The notes beneath the pieces are model-generated. The model ran no database searches. It saw only the letters and a program-made list of their open reading frames with translations, and was not told the origin of the DNA. From NCBI GenBank assembly GCA_036339465.1, contig JAYZAY010000042.1, positions 1 through 50,918 on the forward strand: a stretch of DNA of 50,918 nucleotides, read 5' to 3'. A program made the position numbers and the translations under genes. Source of the stretch: Myxococcota bacterium. GTDB lineage: Bacteria; Myxococcota; XYA12-FULL-58-9; JABJBS01. Positions 50,048-50,918 of this stretch are shown here, one piece after another; positions within the stretch are counted from its first letter, which is position 1; each line of letters starts with the position of its first letter.

Positions 50048-50918
50048 ATGACCCGATTGGCAGCTGGGATTTCTTTTGTGTTTTTGATTGCTATGGTGGG
50101 CTTGGTTAACACCGTTTTAAATCATGTTGAGCACGCTTTCGCAGGCCAGCGAATATTAGTTGAGAAATCAATGTCGTTGGCAAAAGGCCATCTGCTATCT
50201 AATTTCACAGCGTCCGCGCATCAGGGCGAAGATCTCACTGCTTACTTGGCTGAGGACTTAGACTTTGTCTTACCGGTAGTGCAGGGGGTTCGAAGCGTCA
50301 AGCGCACTGAAGGAAAGGTAGAGCGGGGGAGCTATCGCCGATTTTCAGCGGCGCGCCGGAAAATCGAGTTTCATTGGGATAAATTCAGGGAAAATTATCC
50401 GGAATGCCAGAGTCTTACTGTCATTGGGACCGACGGCCGGTCAATCTTCACGACATCTCCCTTCGTGATGGATGGAAGTTTGTCGGCACAATGGTTGAAG
50501 GGCTTTTCGGAGTCTGCCGCTGATGAGGGGCGCTCTAGGTATGTGGTTTTAGATGGGGAGGTCAGGCTATTGAGCACCCACCCGATTTTCGAAGATTTAG
50601 CAGAGACGCCAATTGCCCACGTATTGGTGGAGCTGGTGGCCCCAGCCATAGGTAAGCACGGGGATTTTCATGTTTCTTTCGTGGAGTCCGAAAAACTGGT
50701 TTCGGGGGCTAAGCTTCCCGATGGAGTGGAACTAAATTCTCTGCATTCCGAAAATGCCCAGGCTTTCGGGCATGAACCGGTGATTGCCAGCTTACCTGGT
50801 GTGGGGCTTGAGGTTTCTCGAAGACCTCTTTTATTCGAAGTGGTATCTGCCGACGTGGTTGGCTTGAAATTCAAGGTTCCAAATTTGGATTCAGCGGAAA
50901 TTGCCTTGTGGTTTAGCC
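50048..50918 (+). CDS. Membrane protein, 3'-truncated by the window edge; possible periplasmic sensor domain
   Basis: Hand-translated frame open from ATG 50048 (MTRLAAGISFVFLIAMVGLVNTV...) to the window end; absent from the ORF track because it has no stop. Confidence 0.7.
   Translation, partial: MTRLAAGISFVFLIAMVGLVNTVLNHVEHAFAGQRILVEKSMSLAKGHLLSNFTASAHQGEDLTAYLAEDLDFVLPVVQGVRSVKRTEGKVERGSYRRFSAARRKIEFHWDKFRENYPECQSLTVIGTDGRSIFTTSPFVMDGSLSAQWLKGFSESAADEGRSRYVVLDGEVRLLSTHPIFEDLAETPIAHVLVELVAPAIGKHGDFHVSFVESEKLVSGAKLPDGVELNSLHSENAQAFGHEPVIASLPGVGLEVSRRPLLFEVVSADVVGLKFKVPNLDSAEIALWFS

Noticed and set aside
49864..50109. 81-aa ORF
   Set aside because: Overlaps the start of the longer frame at 50048 and its probable promoter region

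Overview
Bacterial chromosomal DNA of roughly mid GC, densely coding, with no integrase, transposase, phage gene, CRISPR array or rRNA seen. The gene set suggests a Myxococcota or other former deltaproteobacterial lineage (inference): DUF6178-like protein, FHA-TM-TPR protein, DUF4388-like fusion, REC-cyclase and Cys-rich lipoproteins. Housekeeping genes are msrA, cbpA-like DnaJ, htpG, ahcY, hemE/hemF, thyA-folA, rph-rdgB, an amidase, gltA, dnaE, nadA and tRNA-Leu(CAG). Three accessory clusters stand out: (i) a sulfate-assimilation operon (TauE, cysH, sulfite reductase, uncharacterised partner) with what looks like a deletion scar of a cobA/cysG gene; (ii) three glycosyltransferases (TPR-GT9-like, CgeB-like, TPR-GT41) around a small Cys-rich protein; (iii) a tightly coupled operon of a Cys-rich EGF lipoprotein, two CxxC thioredoxin-fold proteins and an outer-membrane barrel with a C-terminal Cys pair. 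Cluster (iii) is the best candidate for a poorly described system, a cell-surface thiol-disulfide relay. Several long intergenic regions (upstream of msrA, htpG, ahcY, gltA and nadA) contain hand-detected stem-loops, and short tandem repeats sit near gene ends. All family assignments come from motif recognition by eye, not database searches.
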